This document shows, piece by piece, positions 18,988 through 28,563 of a stretch of DNA of 46,353 nucleotides (positions are counted from its first letter, which is position 1; each line of letters begins with the position of its first letter). The notes below the pieces were generated by a model. That model had not been told where the DNA came from, searched no databases, and saw only the letters and a list, made by a program, of their open reading frames with translations. This stretch comes from Candidatus Zhuqueibacterota bacterium 4484_87. GTDB lineage: Bacteria; Zhuqueibacterota; Zhuqueibacteria; Thermofontimicrobiales; Thermofontimicrobiaceae. The DNA lies in NCBI GenBank assembly GCA_002085355.1, contig NATN01000037.1, positions 1-46,353 on the forward strand. The letters run 5' to 3'. A program made the position numbers and the translations under genes.

Positions 18988-20724
18988 TCATTTCAAAAAT
19001 AAAACCTTACTTTGCGTTTTGACAGCGCCTGCGCTTAAATTTACCAAATAAACGCCACTGGAAACGAATATGCCTGCATCATCTTTTCCGTCCCAGAGCA
19101 GCTCAAAATTTCCCGTATTTTTGTTTTCTGCAATTAGTGTTCTCACTCGCTGACCCTGCATGTTGAAAATTTGCAATTTGACAAAAGAGGGACTAATGAC
19201 TTTGTATCGGATTTTTGTACTGCAATTAAACGGATTGGGGAAATTAGAGAGCAGATTCCCATTTTCGGCAATTGCCGGATTTTCGTTTGCCGTTTTTACA
19301 TCTGTTGTCGCATTAAATCGAATGACAGAAACGCTCAACCCCGGGCATTGAATCTGAATCGTTTGCCCTGTTTGTCCTTCCTCAATAGGAACAAAACAGT
19401 TTTCAATATTGTTTTGATCGTAGCGGTAGATTTCGTAGCTTCGCATTCCTCTCGGCACGAGAACTGTTGCGGAAGAGTTCGTCTCGTTGAACTTATTGAT
19501 CAAAATGACGCTGATTCCTCCGTCAATTCTCCGAATAGCAAACGGCTGGATAACGTATAAATTCACATTCATGCCGCCGTGATGCAAAATATCGGGTTTA
19601 GGTGTTTCATCTGTTTCACAGCCGATAATTTGCGCACCGGGTTCCAGCCCAGTTGTCTCGATGAGAAATTTCCAGGAATAGTACGGCGGGAGCTCTCTGA
19701 ACTCGGGAAACCAGTTCAAAATTCCATACCCGCCAATTGTCTCCCAGTGCAGTGTAATGCCATAACCTCCTTTGGCGCTGTGTAGCATTGCGGCTGCCTG
19801 ATACACGCCACCGAAAACATTGGTATTCCTCGGGTCTGTCCAGAGCTCGCCGTCTTTTTTCCAGACTGCGCTGACGTTGTAAGCGTCCAGCACTAATTTG
19901 GATGGACAATTTTCTCCAACCATGTTTTTGATTTTCAGCGGCGCTTCTTCGTACCAGATTGTTCTGTCCATGATTGATTCGTCAGAATCGTTGCTGTCCC
20001 AGGAAATGAATAAGTTGCACGAGATGAAATCGAGATAATCTTTCCCGTTGGGTTCGTTGAGCACATAATTTGCCCAGTGGCCATTTTCCCACCCGCCGAA
20101 ACTGGATGAGCCTCCGCATAAAATGTCCGGATTGACGCTCTTAACCTGCTGCGCCCCGCGCAAAAAGAGTTGGGCGCATTTCTTGAATGGGATGTAGTAA
20201 TCCCTGTCAGGATGCATCATGTTTGGTTCGTCAAAAAAAGTGATCATGTCCAGATCATTTTTGTAGCGACTGGTAAATTCAAAAGCCGCTTTTTCCCATT
20301 CTGTCAATGCATCCGCATGGTTCCACCACGGATCATCAGCCGAACCGGTGAACCAGCTCTCCCCTTCGTAAAGACATGGGAATAGCTTAAAATTCGATGC
20401 GGTTATTTCCGCAATTTTTGTGTCCAATTCATCCCAATGCCAGACATCCGGCGCCGGGTGAAATTCCGGGACTTCTGCCCAGACGCGAACTCGATTCAGC
20501 TTAAGCTTTTTTAGCTTGGTGGTAGCATTGTTGTCATTGTAAGTATTGCTGTGGTATTGAATACCAAAAAAATCAGTAGAAATAATTTGATAGCAAGTAT
20601 CAATGACTGTGATTGTTGAATTTTGTGAATGCAACAAGTTGACGGAAAGGAAAAATACGGAGAAAAAGCCAAATATTGACCAGGTGAATCGCAATAGTGA
20701 TTTTTTGTTAAATGTGAAATTCAT
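18988..20724 (-). CDS. Secreted clan GH-A (GH39-like) glycoside hydrolase with FlgD/T9SS-type C-terminal domain
   Basis: Signal peptide; WHWDELD, FFDEPN, QVKSVNPDILCGG, DFISCN; C-terminal NFPNPFN...WDGKDDAG...SSGVY...KVLFLK. Confidence 0.7.
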   Translation of the reverse strand: MNFTFNKKSLLRFTWSIFGFFSVFFLSVNLLHSQNSTITVIDTCYQIISTDFFGIQYHSNTYNDNNATTKLKKLKLNRVRVWAEVPEFHPAPDVWHWDELDTKIAEITASNFKLFPCLYEGESWFTGSADDPWWNHADALTEWEKAAFEFTSRYKNDLDMITFFDEPNMMHPDRDYYIPFKKCAQLFLRGAQQVKSVNPDILCGGSSSFGGWENGHWANYVLNEPNGKDYLDFISCNLFISWDSNDSDESIMDRTIWYEEAPLKIKNMVGENCPSKLVLDAYNVSAVWKKDGELWTDPRNTNVFGGVYQAAAMLHSAKGGYGITLHWETIGGYGILNWFPEFRELPPYYSWKFLIETTGLEPGAQIIGCETDETPKPDILHHGGMNVNLYVIQPFAIRRIDGGISVILINKFNETNSSATVLVPRGMRSYEIYRYDQNNIENCFVPIEEGQTGQTIQIQCPGLSVSVIRFNATTDVKTANENPAIAENGNLLSNFPNPFNCSTKIRYKVISPSFVKLQIFNMQGQRVRTLIAENKNTGNFELLWDGKDDAGIFVSSGVYLVNLSAGAVKTQSKVLFLK

Positions 20725-21268
20725 AAATCCCCAGACTCCAAAATTTTTTACCAGAATATCGGGGCCCCTGCCAGCCTTGCAAGCGCAATTCTTTTGAAAT
20801 AAATCTGTTCAGAAAACCGTGACCTATCAAAACAACAGAGCCATTTCTTTTTGCTAATTTAATGAGTTTTTGCGCAGCGGAAGCAGCTCTGTTTTTCGCC
20901 TGGCGATGGGATTCACTATTAGTTGAATAGCCCCAAAACCAGAGAATCCTGAGGATAATTGACCAGACGAAGGGCGAAAGTTTGAAAAATGGAAGATTTG
21001 GATAAGGTAAACCAGATTCCCTGAACAATGGATCGACGAGGTCCGGCTGCAAACCAAGAGCCCGAGCTGAATCAAGTGAGCGACGCAAATCACTGCAAAC
21101 TACAAAGTTGCAGGATTTAACCACAGGAATAATTTCATCTGGCGGCGCTTCCGTTTCATTTAAACCTGCGGCATTGTATGATTCAATTAACTTGTACATT
21201 TCATTTGCTTTAATTTTTTGGGGATAATGAACATCAGGTCTGCCGTGCCTGACTAAAACAATTCGCAT
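20708..21268 (-). CDS. Histidine phosphatase family protein
   Basis: LVRHG, SDLRRSLDSA, LFRE, LIGHG motifs. Confidence 0.88.
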   Translation of the reverse strand: MRIVLVRHGRPDVHYPQKIKANEMYKLIESYNAAGLNETEAPPDEIIPVVKSCNFVVCSDLRRSLDSARALGLQPDLVDPLFRESGLPYPNLPFFKLSPFVWSIILRILWFWGYSTNSESHRQAKNRAASAAQKLIKLAKRNGSVVLIGHGFLNRFISKELRLQGWQGPRYSGKKFWSLGIYEFHI

Positions 21269-21374
21269 GTGTCGCCGCCTTTTTGATAGTATCGCTTATT
21301 TTATCAATGTCCGGTTTTGCTTGGGAAATTCTAAATCAGCGAGTATGAATTGTTTCAAACGATATCGTTTTATT

Positions 21375-22172
21375 CTACAGTGCTTCTTTCACAAAACTGA
21401 TTAGTTTTGGATCTGTCCAGAAAATGCCCACTCTGTTCCAGAAATCAAAGGCTTCTTCTTCGCTGCCATAGGCAAAAGGCATTCCAACGCGGACGGTCTT
21501 ATGGCTTTTTTTCGTTATCTCTTTTGCAATGTTTGGCGATTGCTGAATCGCCTGCTCCAGCGCTTTTCTTGCTTCAGACAACCGGTCCAGCCGAAAATAG
21601 GCATAGACTTTTCCGTAAAGTACGTCTGCCATGATATCGTCAGGGAATCTGGCGCAAAGATTCAAAATAGCATTGAAATTTCCCAGGGCCATGTAAGCAT
21701 GAATTGCTGCCATGCGTATGCCCTGATTGTCGTCCGGATTGTAACTCAGCATTTGTTCAAATATTTTTACAGCTTTTTTGTATTGATGAATATTGAGCAA
21801 GCCAATTCCCAACCCTTGCAGCGTGCGTAAAAAAGGTCTGTTTTCCGAAAAGCCCCACTCAATGAGTCCCTGAAAATTTTTGGGAACGAATTTTTGTGCC
21901 TTTTTGCGCGCAGTTTCAAATTGGTCGAGAGCCAATCCGTAATTCAACATGTCCATTTCCATCCAACCAATGGCATTGTAAGCATCGAGAAAATAGGGAT
22001 CATCTTCCAGTATCTGTTCCAACTCATAAATTGAAGTGTACACTTCATTGATTTGCACAGCTTCATAGTAACGCTCAAAGAGACTATTTCTCGCTCTGCC
22101 CCATTCAATGATGCCGTATTCCGTATCACCATGTTTTTTTATGACAAATGTTGGCAATGGGTAGGTTTGCAT
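21375..22172 (-). CDS. TPR-repeat protein of unknown function
   Basis: Helical repeats; WGFSENRPFLR and NPDDNQGIR motifs; ATG 22172 (alternative GTG 22190). Confidence 0.75.
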   Translation of the reverse strand: MQTYPLPTFVIKKHGDTEYGIIEWGRARNSLFERYYEAVQINEVYTSIYELEQILEDDPYFLDAYNAIGWMEMDMLNYGLALDQFETARKKAQKFVPKNFQGLIEWGFSENRPFLRTLQGLGIGLLNIHQYKKAVKIFEQMLSYNPDDNQGIRMAAIHAYMALGNFNAILNLCARFPDDIMADVLYGKVYAYFRLDRLSEARKALEQAIQQSPNIAKEITKKSHKTVRVGMPFAYGSEEEAFDFWNRVGIFWTDPKLISFVKEAL

Positions 22173-22406
22173 CTTATTTTTCCTTTCCACTTGTGATTGA
22201 TTACAAATATAATGATTTTATACATTAAAAGGCAATGAATTTTTTTGATTATGCTAAAATTAAATCTTTACATAGTTTTTTGATGTGACAGGCGCTGCTA
22301 GGTGACTGTGAATTTTTATATTTTTAAAAATTGTAATTGATAGAGAAGTTTCAAAGAATCTTTTTGAAAGTCATTTCATCAAAAAAGAAGTCAGGAGGAT
22401 AATAAA

Positions 22407-22610
22407 ATGAAGAAGCTCACAGAAAATGAATTAAAAATTTACCTTTCGTCCATTGAGGGGCGAATCGATGCCTGTTGTGATAAACATGTTGCAGAAGTGC
22501 TCAAAGAGGTCATTTTTGATGAAGCCAAAGAACGGTTTGGCGAAGTGCCTTTGGGTACGCTGAAGACAGAGATCGATAAAATGATTAATAAAAAATTTTC
22601 TATCGAATAG
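22407..22610 (+). CDS. Small hypothetical protein with a CC motif
   Basis: AGGAGG RBS; 67 aa; DACCDKH. Confidence 0.7.
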   Translation: MKKLTENELKIYLSSIEGRIDACCDKHVAEVLKEVIFDEAKERFGEVPLGTLKTEIDKMINKKFSIE

Positions 22611-22657
22611 TGTTTAATGAATCAGAATGAATTTGGAAGTAAAGTAGGGAGATTGGA

Positions 22658-23083
22658 ATGAACGTAGAGATCAAACAAGTTGACGGATTAACATTAGTCG
22701 GAAAAGCAGATTCAGGACATTGGGTTGCGATGGACGGTAGCGAGAAAGTTGGCGGCAATGATGCGGGGACTCGTCCCATGGAATTGTTGTTGATGTCTCT
22801 TGGTGGCTGCACCGGCATGGATGTCATATCTATTTTGCAGAAAAAACGCACTCCTTTCACAAAAGTGAATATGCGGCTTGAAGCTGAACGCGCCAATGAG
22901 CATCCGAAAGTTTTTACAAAAATTAAAATCACTTTTTTGGTTTATGGCGATAAAGATAAAATTAAAACTGCTGATGTTGAACGCGCGATTGAGCTTTCCA
23001 GCACGAAATATTGCTCAGCGTCAACGATGTTGAAAAAGACAGCGGAAGTTTCATACCATTATGAGGTGATTGATACAAAGTAA
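22658..23083 (+). CDS. OsmC/YhfA family protein
   Basis: RPMELLLMSLGGCTGMDV and LSSTKYCSAS carry the two conserved Cys. Confidence 0.93.
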   Translation: MNVEIKQVDGLTLVGKADSGHWVAMDGSEKVGGNDAGTRPMELLLMSLGGCTGMDVISILQKKRTPFTKVNMRLEAERANEHPKVFTKIKITFLVYGDKDKIKTADVERAIELSSTKYCSASTMLKKTAEVSYHYEVIDTK

Positions 23084-23205
23084 AATTTATTTTTGGCACT
23101 TTGCGAATCCCTGTTTTATTCGTGTTGATTGAAATAATTCTTGTTTTTTTTGATAAATTTTATTATTTTACCTTACTGAAACAGAAAAAACAGGAATTCG
23201 CATAT

Positions 23206-23775
23206 ATGGATATTACAGAGAAAGAATTAATAAAGAGAGCAAAAGAAGGCGATCGTCAGGCGCAGGCGCAAATTGTTGTTAAATATGAGCGTATGGTTTA
23301 TAATCTCGCCCTTCGTTTGCTCGGAGATCAGGATTTGGCAGAAGGTGTATTGCAGGAGACTTTTCTCAAAGTAATTCAGGCATTGCCAAATTTCAAAGAG
23401 CAATCCCAGCTCTCAACGTGGATTTACCGCATCGCGACTAATCAAGCGCTGATGCGGCTCAGATCAAAAAAAAGACGCAAACAATCATTTGATGAAAATA
23501 TAGAAAATGAAAATCGGGATTATTCCGCTTTTATTCGTTCTTTAGAAAAAGATCCGCTGGATAGCTTGATCAATCAGGAATTGAAAGAGAAGCTGGATAA
23601 GGCGATCGGAGAATTGCCTGATAATTATCGTACCGTTTTTGTTTTGAAAGATATTGAAGGATTAGCACTGAAAGAGATTTCTGATATGTTAGACATTTCT
23701 TTGCCGGCAGTGAAATCCAATTTACATCGCGCGCGGATTGCTCTAAGAAATAAACTCGCAGAACTTTGGAATTAA
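23206..23775 (+). CDS. ECF sigma factor
   Basis: Region 2 QETFLKV...STWIYRIATN; region 4 LPDNYRTVFVLKDIEGL...VKSNLHRAR; likely ATG at 23206. Confidence 0.93.
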   Translation: MDITEKELIKRAKEGDRQAQAQIVVKYERMVYNLALRLLGDQDLAEGVLQETFLKVIQALPNFKEQSQLSTWIYRIATNQALMRLRSKKRRKQSFDENIENENRDYSAFIRSLEKDPLDSLINQELKEKLDKAIGELPDNYRTVFVLKDIEGLALKEISDMLDISLPAVKSNLHRARIALRNKLAELWN

Positions 23776-23790
23776 CGGAGCTGCAACGTA

Positions 23791-24027
23791 ATGGATTGTT
23801 TGACATCAATACAGCAAATTTGCGACCTTTTATCTGAAGATATTAACAGCCCTTTATGTAAAGAAATTCAGGAGCATTTGGACGAGTGTCCCCGATGCTG
23901 CGCTGAAGTGGACTCGATTAAAAAAGTTGTGTATTTGTACAAAGATTATAATAAGTCGGATGTTCCCGAAGATGTGGACCATAGACTGTGGCGTGTATTG
24001 AATTTGCCACGCCCGGAAGAAGTGTGA
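23791..24027 (+). CDS. Zinc-finger (ZAS, zf-HC2) anti-sigma factor, soluble
   Basis: EHLDECPRC matches HxxxCxxC; directly follows the ECF sigma gene; no TM. Confidence 0.88.
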   Translation: MDCLTSIQQICDLLSEDINSPLCKEIQEHLDECPRCCAEVDSIKKVVYLYKDYNKSDVPEDVDHRLWRVLNLPRPEEV

Positions 24028-24327
24028 CAAAACTCTGCTCTATTTGCTTAAATTTTACTGCTTCAATTTGAAATAATTTTATTGCATCTTAATAGCTAAT
24101 TGCCTATATTCGTAGTTTATGAGAAGGTATTTTGCGTTTTTAAAGATACCTTTTTTCGTTTTTGGAAAAGTTGACTGACTCTTTTTAAAGGTCCCAACGT
24201 AAGCATGATTGGTCAGCGGCGATTTTTATAAGTGATTCACCCTGTTTATTATATTTTTGATGATTTGTCTGATAAATGGAGACTAGAAAGTTAGCGACGG
24301 AATTGAATGTGGGAGGCAGTGAAGAGT

Positions 24328-24795
24328 ATGAGTGTATATGCCGCCGTGTTGAAAAGGCGAACCATCCGAAGATTCTTGCAAAAACCTCTTTCGCGCGATT
24401 TTCTGAAAAGGCTTGTCAATGCCGGCAGGCTGGCGCCATCGGGTGCAAATCTGCAACCATTGGAATTCATTGTCGTAGAAGATAAAGTGCTTTTAGGCAA
24501 AGTTTTTGCTACACTTAAGTGGGCAGCATACATTGCGCCAGCGGGCGATCCACCGCAAGGAAAACGCCCGGTTGCTTACATTGTTGTTTTGATCAACAAA
24601 GAGATAAAAAAAGAAAAGGGCGAAGTTGATGCTGCGGCTGCGATAGAAAATATGATTCTCGTCGCAACGGATGAAGGGGTTGGTTGTTGTTGGTTGGGTG
24701 ACTCAATTAAATACTGGAAAGACGAGCAGGGCGTTTTGCATGTTCCTAAAAGGAAAATAGATCAGGTGATTCATTTTAATGGATATTCGCAATAA
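24328..24795 (+). CDS. Nitroreductase family protein with an apparent in-frame internal deletion
   Basis: RRTIRRF, APSGANLQP, ENMILVA..G.GCCWLG; then jumps directly to DSIKYWKD..LHVPKR without the usual IP...(I/L)ALGYP segment. Confidence 0.8.
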   Translation: MSVYAAVLKRRTIRRFLQKPLSRDFLKRLVNAGRLAPSGANLQPLEFIVVEDKVLLGKVFATLKWAAYIAPAGDPPQGKRPVAYIVVLINKEIKKEKGEVDAAAAIENMILVATDEGVGCCWLGDSIKYWKDEQGVLHVPKRKIDQVIHFNGYSQ

Positions 24796-24813
24796 TTGGC
24801 AATGGAGGTCATA

Positions 24814-26178
24814 GTGGCCAAATTAATGATTAGTATTTCAGGAATACGCGGTGTCGTCGGAGACGGTTTGACGCCACAGATGATAGTAAATTTCGCACAG
24901 GCGTTCGGTACGTATCTTGGCGGCGGCAAAGTTGTCGTTGGGAGAGATTCCCGAGTGACAGGCCCGATGGTGAAACACGCCGTTTTTTCAGGACTAATGG
25001 CAGCCGGAATGGATGTTATTGATATTGGGATTTGTCCCACACCAACAGTGCAAATGGCAGTGAAAAAGCTGAAAGCTCTTGGAGGCATTGCTATTACAGC
25101 CAGTCACAATCCCATTGAGTGGAATGCGTTGAAGTTGATCGGATCCAGCGGTATGTTTTTGGATGAAGCCCAGGGAAAAAAGGTGATCGCAGTAGTTGAA
25201 AAAAATGGCTATCGCAATGTCAAGTGGGATCAAATCGGCAAGCCGGAAATTTATGAAGACGCAATTCAGGATCACATCAAGGCGATTCTGAAGTTGAAAT
25301 TGATTGACACAGATGAGATTGCCAGACGAAAATTCCGCGTCGTTGTCGATTGCGTCAATGGTGCTGGTGGGACATTGCTTCCGGCGTTGCTGGAAGAGCT
25401 GGGTTGCGAAGCTATTTTTATGAATGAGGAACCGACAGGTTTGTTCCCCCGCGCTCCGGAGCCGTTGCCGGAAAACATTACAGATTTGTGCGAACGAGTG
25501 AAAAAAGAAAAAGCGGACGTTGGTTTTGCCGTCGATCCTGATGTGGATCGACTGGCAATTGTTACTGAAAAAGGAGAGCCTTTTGGCGAAGAATTTACGC
25601 TTGTCTCTGCGGCAAATTATGTGCTTTCTAAAAAAAACGGTCCCATTGTTGTGAATGCTTCTGTCTCCCGGGCGATTGATGTAATAGCTGCGAAATTTAA
25701 TTCAGAAGTTTTTCGCACCAAAGTTGGGGAAATTTATGTTGCAAAAAAAATGGAAAAAGTGAAAGCGGCCATTGGCGGAGAAGGCAACGGTGGAGTAATT
25801 CTTCCTGAATTACATCTTGGACGAGATGCTCCGCTGGGTATTGCGCTGACTTTGCAGCAATTAGCAGTAACGCGAATGAAAGCGTCAGAATTACGAGGCT
25901 CTTTACCGCAATACTTTCAAGGGAAAAATCGTATTGAAATCAAAAATTATGATGTCGCTTCAATTTTGAAGGAGATTGAAAAACGGTACAAAAATGAACA
26001 ACTTGACAAGACAGATGGTTTAAAAATTCTCTGGGAAGAAAGCTGGGTTCATATCAGACCTTCAAATACGGAGCCTATCATCAGAATTTACTCTGAAGCA
26101 AAAACGAAAGAAGAAGCAGAGGCTTTGGGATATCGATTTATTAACGAAGTCGAAGACATCATAAAAAAGAATAAATAG
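24814..26178 (+). CDS. glmM: Phosphoglucosamine mutase / alpha-D-phosphohexomutase
   Basis: GIRG, TASHNP, DPDVDR, GGEGNGG, RPSNTEP; GTG 24814 after GGAGG. Exact substrate uncertain. Confidence 0.85.
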   Translation: MAKLMISISGIRGVVGDGLTPQMIVNFAQAFGTYLGGGKVVVGRDSRVTGPMVKHAVFSGLMAAGMDVIDIGICPTPTVQMAVKKLKALGGIAITASHNPIEWNALKLIGSSGMFLDEAQGKKVIAVVEKNGYRNVKWDQIGKPEIYEDAIQDHIKAILKLKLIDTDEIARRKFRVVVDCVNGAGGTLLPALLEELGCEAIFMNEEPTGLFPRAPEPLPENITDLCERVKKEKADVGFAVDPDVDRLAIVTEKGEPFGEEFTLVSAANYVLSKKNGPIVVNASVSRAIDVIAAKFNSEVFRTKVGEIYVAKKMEKVKAAIGGEGNGGVILPELHLGRDAPLGIALTLQQLAVTRMKASELRGSLPQYFQGKNRIEIKNYDVASILKEIEKRYKNEQLDKTDGLKILWEESWVHIRPSNTEPIIRIYSEAKTKEEAEALGYRFINEVEDIIKKNK

Positions 26179-26194
26179 CTTATGAATTATTTTT

Positions 26195-26241
26195 CTCCGC
26201 CTGTTTCTCATGTCATTTTTTGAGAAGCGGGTGGAGTTTTT
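26195..26241 (+). terminator. Rho-independent terminator
   Basis: CTCCGCCTGTTTCTCA...TGAGAAGCGGGTGGAG-TTTTT (G-U pairs on the + strand). Confidence 0.65.
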
Positions 26242-26427
26242 ATTTCTGATTCATTTTACAGGTCAACGATGTGCTGCAAACAGAAGTTGATAAATTTCTT
26301 TTTTAAAAAGACTTGTTTTCAGCAAAATTTATTCGTATGATGATACCCCACTAATTTGCGGTGCAAATATCTGTGGGGTTTGTTGTCGATAAAAGGTTAA
26401 TTATTTGGCATCAAAAAAGGAGAATAT

Positions 26428-27090
26428 ATGACCCGAAAACAATTAGCCCAGCTCATTGATCACACTAATTTAAAGCCTGAGTCCACAACTGCGGATATTG
26501 AAAAACTATGTGATGAAGCCTTGGAGTATGGTTTTGCTTCAGTGTGCGTCAATTCTTTGTTTGTGCCTTTGTGCGCAGAAAAGGTAAAAGATTCTCCGGT
26601 GAGAGTGTGCGCTGTGGTCGGATTTCCTCTGGGAGCTTGTACGACTGATACAAAGGTGCAGGAAACAAAAGAGGCAGTGGCAAATGGCGCCGAAGAAATT
26701 GACATGGTCATTGCCGTGGGGAAACTAAAGGAAGGCAATGATAGTTATGTTGAAAATGACATTCGGCGGGTTGTAAATGTTGCAGGGAATCACGCGCATG
26801 TAAAAGTGATCATTGAAACCTGTCTGTTGACAAAAGAAGAGAAAATCAAAGCATGTCAGCTTGCACAAAAAGCGGGCGCTCATTTTGTAAAAACTTCTAC
26901 GGGTTTCAATAAAGCCGGTGCAACTGTGGAAGATGTTGCATTAATGCGAAGCATTGTCGGAGAATCAATGGGTGTAAAAGCTGCTGGCGGGATCCGGGAT
27001 TTGCAGACTGCTTTAGCGATGGTGAAGGCCGGCGCGAACAGAATCGGTGCCAGTGCGGGCATACAGATCATTAATGAAATGGAAAAATAG
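26428..27090 (+). CDS. deoC: Deoxyribose-phosphate aldolase
   Basis: IDHTNLKP, GFPLG, EIDMV, KVIIET, FVKTSTGF, VKAAGGIR. Confidence 0.97.
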   Translation: MTRKQLAQLIDHTNLKPESTTADIEKLCDEALEYGFASVCVNSLFVPLCAEKVKDSPVRVCAVVGFPLGACTTDTKVQETKEAVANGAEEIDMVIAVGKLKEGNDSYVENDIRRVVNVAGNHAHVKVIIETCLLTKEEKIKACQLAQKAGAHFVKTSTGFNKAGATVEDVALMRSIVGESMGVKAAGGIRDLQTALAMVKAGANRIGASAGIQIINEMEK

Positions 27091-27104
27091 GTGTTGAGGA
27101 AAAT

Positions 27105-28436
27105 ATGAATGCAAAACTGCTTATTGAAAAGAAAAGAAACGGAGAAAATTTCTCGCAGGATGAAATCGACTATTTGATCAATAGTTTTGTTGCTGGGGAA
27201 ATTCCGGAATATCAGATTTCCGCTCTTCTAATGGCGATTTATTTTCAAGGGATGTCCTTTGATGAAATTTTCTGGCTCACAAATGCCATGCTAAATTCCG
27301 GGAAAAGAGTCAATCTGGAATCGCTCACTAATTTTCCTGTGGATAAACACAGCACCGGCGGCGTGGGCGATAAGGTATCGCTCATTTTAGCGCCGCTGGT
27401 TGCTGCCGCCGGCGTTGCTGTGCCAATGATGTCTGGGCGTGGCCTCGGCCATTCTGGCGGGACTTTGGATAAATTAGAGGCGATTCCCGGCTTTCGCACG
27501 AATTTATCCTTGGACGAGTTTGTCCATGAGTTGGAAATTCTTTCCGTTGCCATGATTGGTCAGACGGAAGAAATTGTACCTGCAGACAGAAAAATTTATG
27601 CGCTTCGCGATGCGACCGCGACAGTGCCCTCACTGCCGCTTATTGTCGCCAGCATTATGAGTAAGAAAATTGCTGAAGGAGCGAAGGGATTAGTGCTGGA
27701 TGTAAAAACCGGAAAAGGTGCGTTTCTCAAAACAGAGGAAAAAAGTTTGGAGCTGGCAAAACATCTGATTGCCATCGGTGAACGTTTTGGTGTGAAAACA
27801 ACAGCTTATTTGACTGCTATGGATCAGCCGTTGGGATTTGCAGTGGGAAACTGGCTGGAAACCAGAGAGGCTATTCAAACTCTCAAAGGTGAAGGTCCTG
27901 CTGATTTAGTGGAAGTTACTATCGCACTCAGTGCAGAGATGTTACTTCATGCCAAAGTGGATAATGATCTGGAAAGCGCTAAATCGCGCTTGCAGAGGCT
28001 GCTGGAAAGCGGTAAAGCGTATGAAAAATTTGTTGAGTTAGTGAAATACCAGGGCGGAGATGTAACAGTTGTGGAGAATCCTGATAAATATGTCCTGCCG
28101 AAGCGCAGATTTCTTTTTATCAGCCCGGTGAGCGGAGTTATCAAAGAGATCGACTCTTTTAAAATTGGCATCTTGGCGAACGAATTGGGAGCGGGAAGAA
28201 ATAAAATGAGCGATCCAATTAATCACGGCGCTGGAATTGTGTTTTATAAGAAAGAGGGCGATGAAGTAGAAAAGAACGAACCTATCGCTGAACTTCTGTT
28301 TGAGAAAAATATTAGCGATAAAGAGTTGAGCGCCAGAATGAATTTTGCCGTGTCTGTGGAGGAAAATTCAGGCGTGGTTGAACCGAAAAAAATGATTTTG
28401 CACTATGTCGGCCCTGATGATGCTACTGGCTTATAG
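27105..28436 (+). CDS. pdp: Pyrimidine-nucleoside/thymidine phosphorylase
   Basis: DKHSTGGVGDK, SGRGLGHSGGTLDKLE, IMSKKIAEG, LDVKTGKGAF. Confidence 0.96.
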   Translation: MNAKLLIEKKRNGENFSQDEIDYLINSFVAGEIPEYQISALLMAIYFQGMSFDEIFWLTNAMLNSGKRVNLESLTNFPVDKHSTGGVGDKVSLILAPLVAAAGVAVPMMSGRGLGHSGGTLDKLEAIPGFRTNLSLDEFVHELEILSVAMIGQTEEIVPADRKIYALRDATATVPSLPLIVASIMSKKIAEGAKGLVLDVKTGKGAFLKTEEKSLELAKHLIAIGERFGVKTTAYLTAMDQPLGFAVGNWLETREAIQTLKGEGPADLVEVTIALSAEMLLHAKVDNDLESAKSRLQRLLESGKAYEKFVELVKYQGGDVTVVENPDKYVLPKRRFLFISPVSGVIKEIDSFKIGILANELGAGRNKMSDPINHGAGIVFYKKEGDEVEKNEPIAELLFEKNISDKELSARMNFAVSVEENSGVVEPKKMILHYVGPDDATGL

Positions 28437-28459
28437 TCCGAGAATTTGTATTTCAAAAT

Positions 28460-28501
28460 AAAAGGCTGGGCCTATTAAAAAAAATAGACTCAGCCTTTTT
28501 T
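28460..28501. terminator. Bidirectional terminator between convergent pdp and PBP1A genes
   Basis: AAAAGGCTGGG..CTATT...AATAG..CTCAGCCTTTTTT. Confidence 0.75.
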
Positions 28502-28563
28502 AAAGATCAAATGCTGCGAAAAAACCACTTATAAATACTTCTCACTAATTTAAAAATAGCTAA

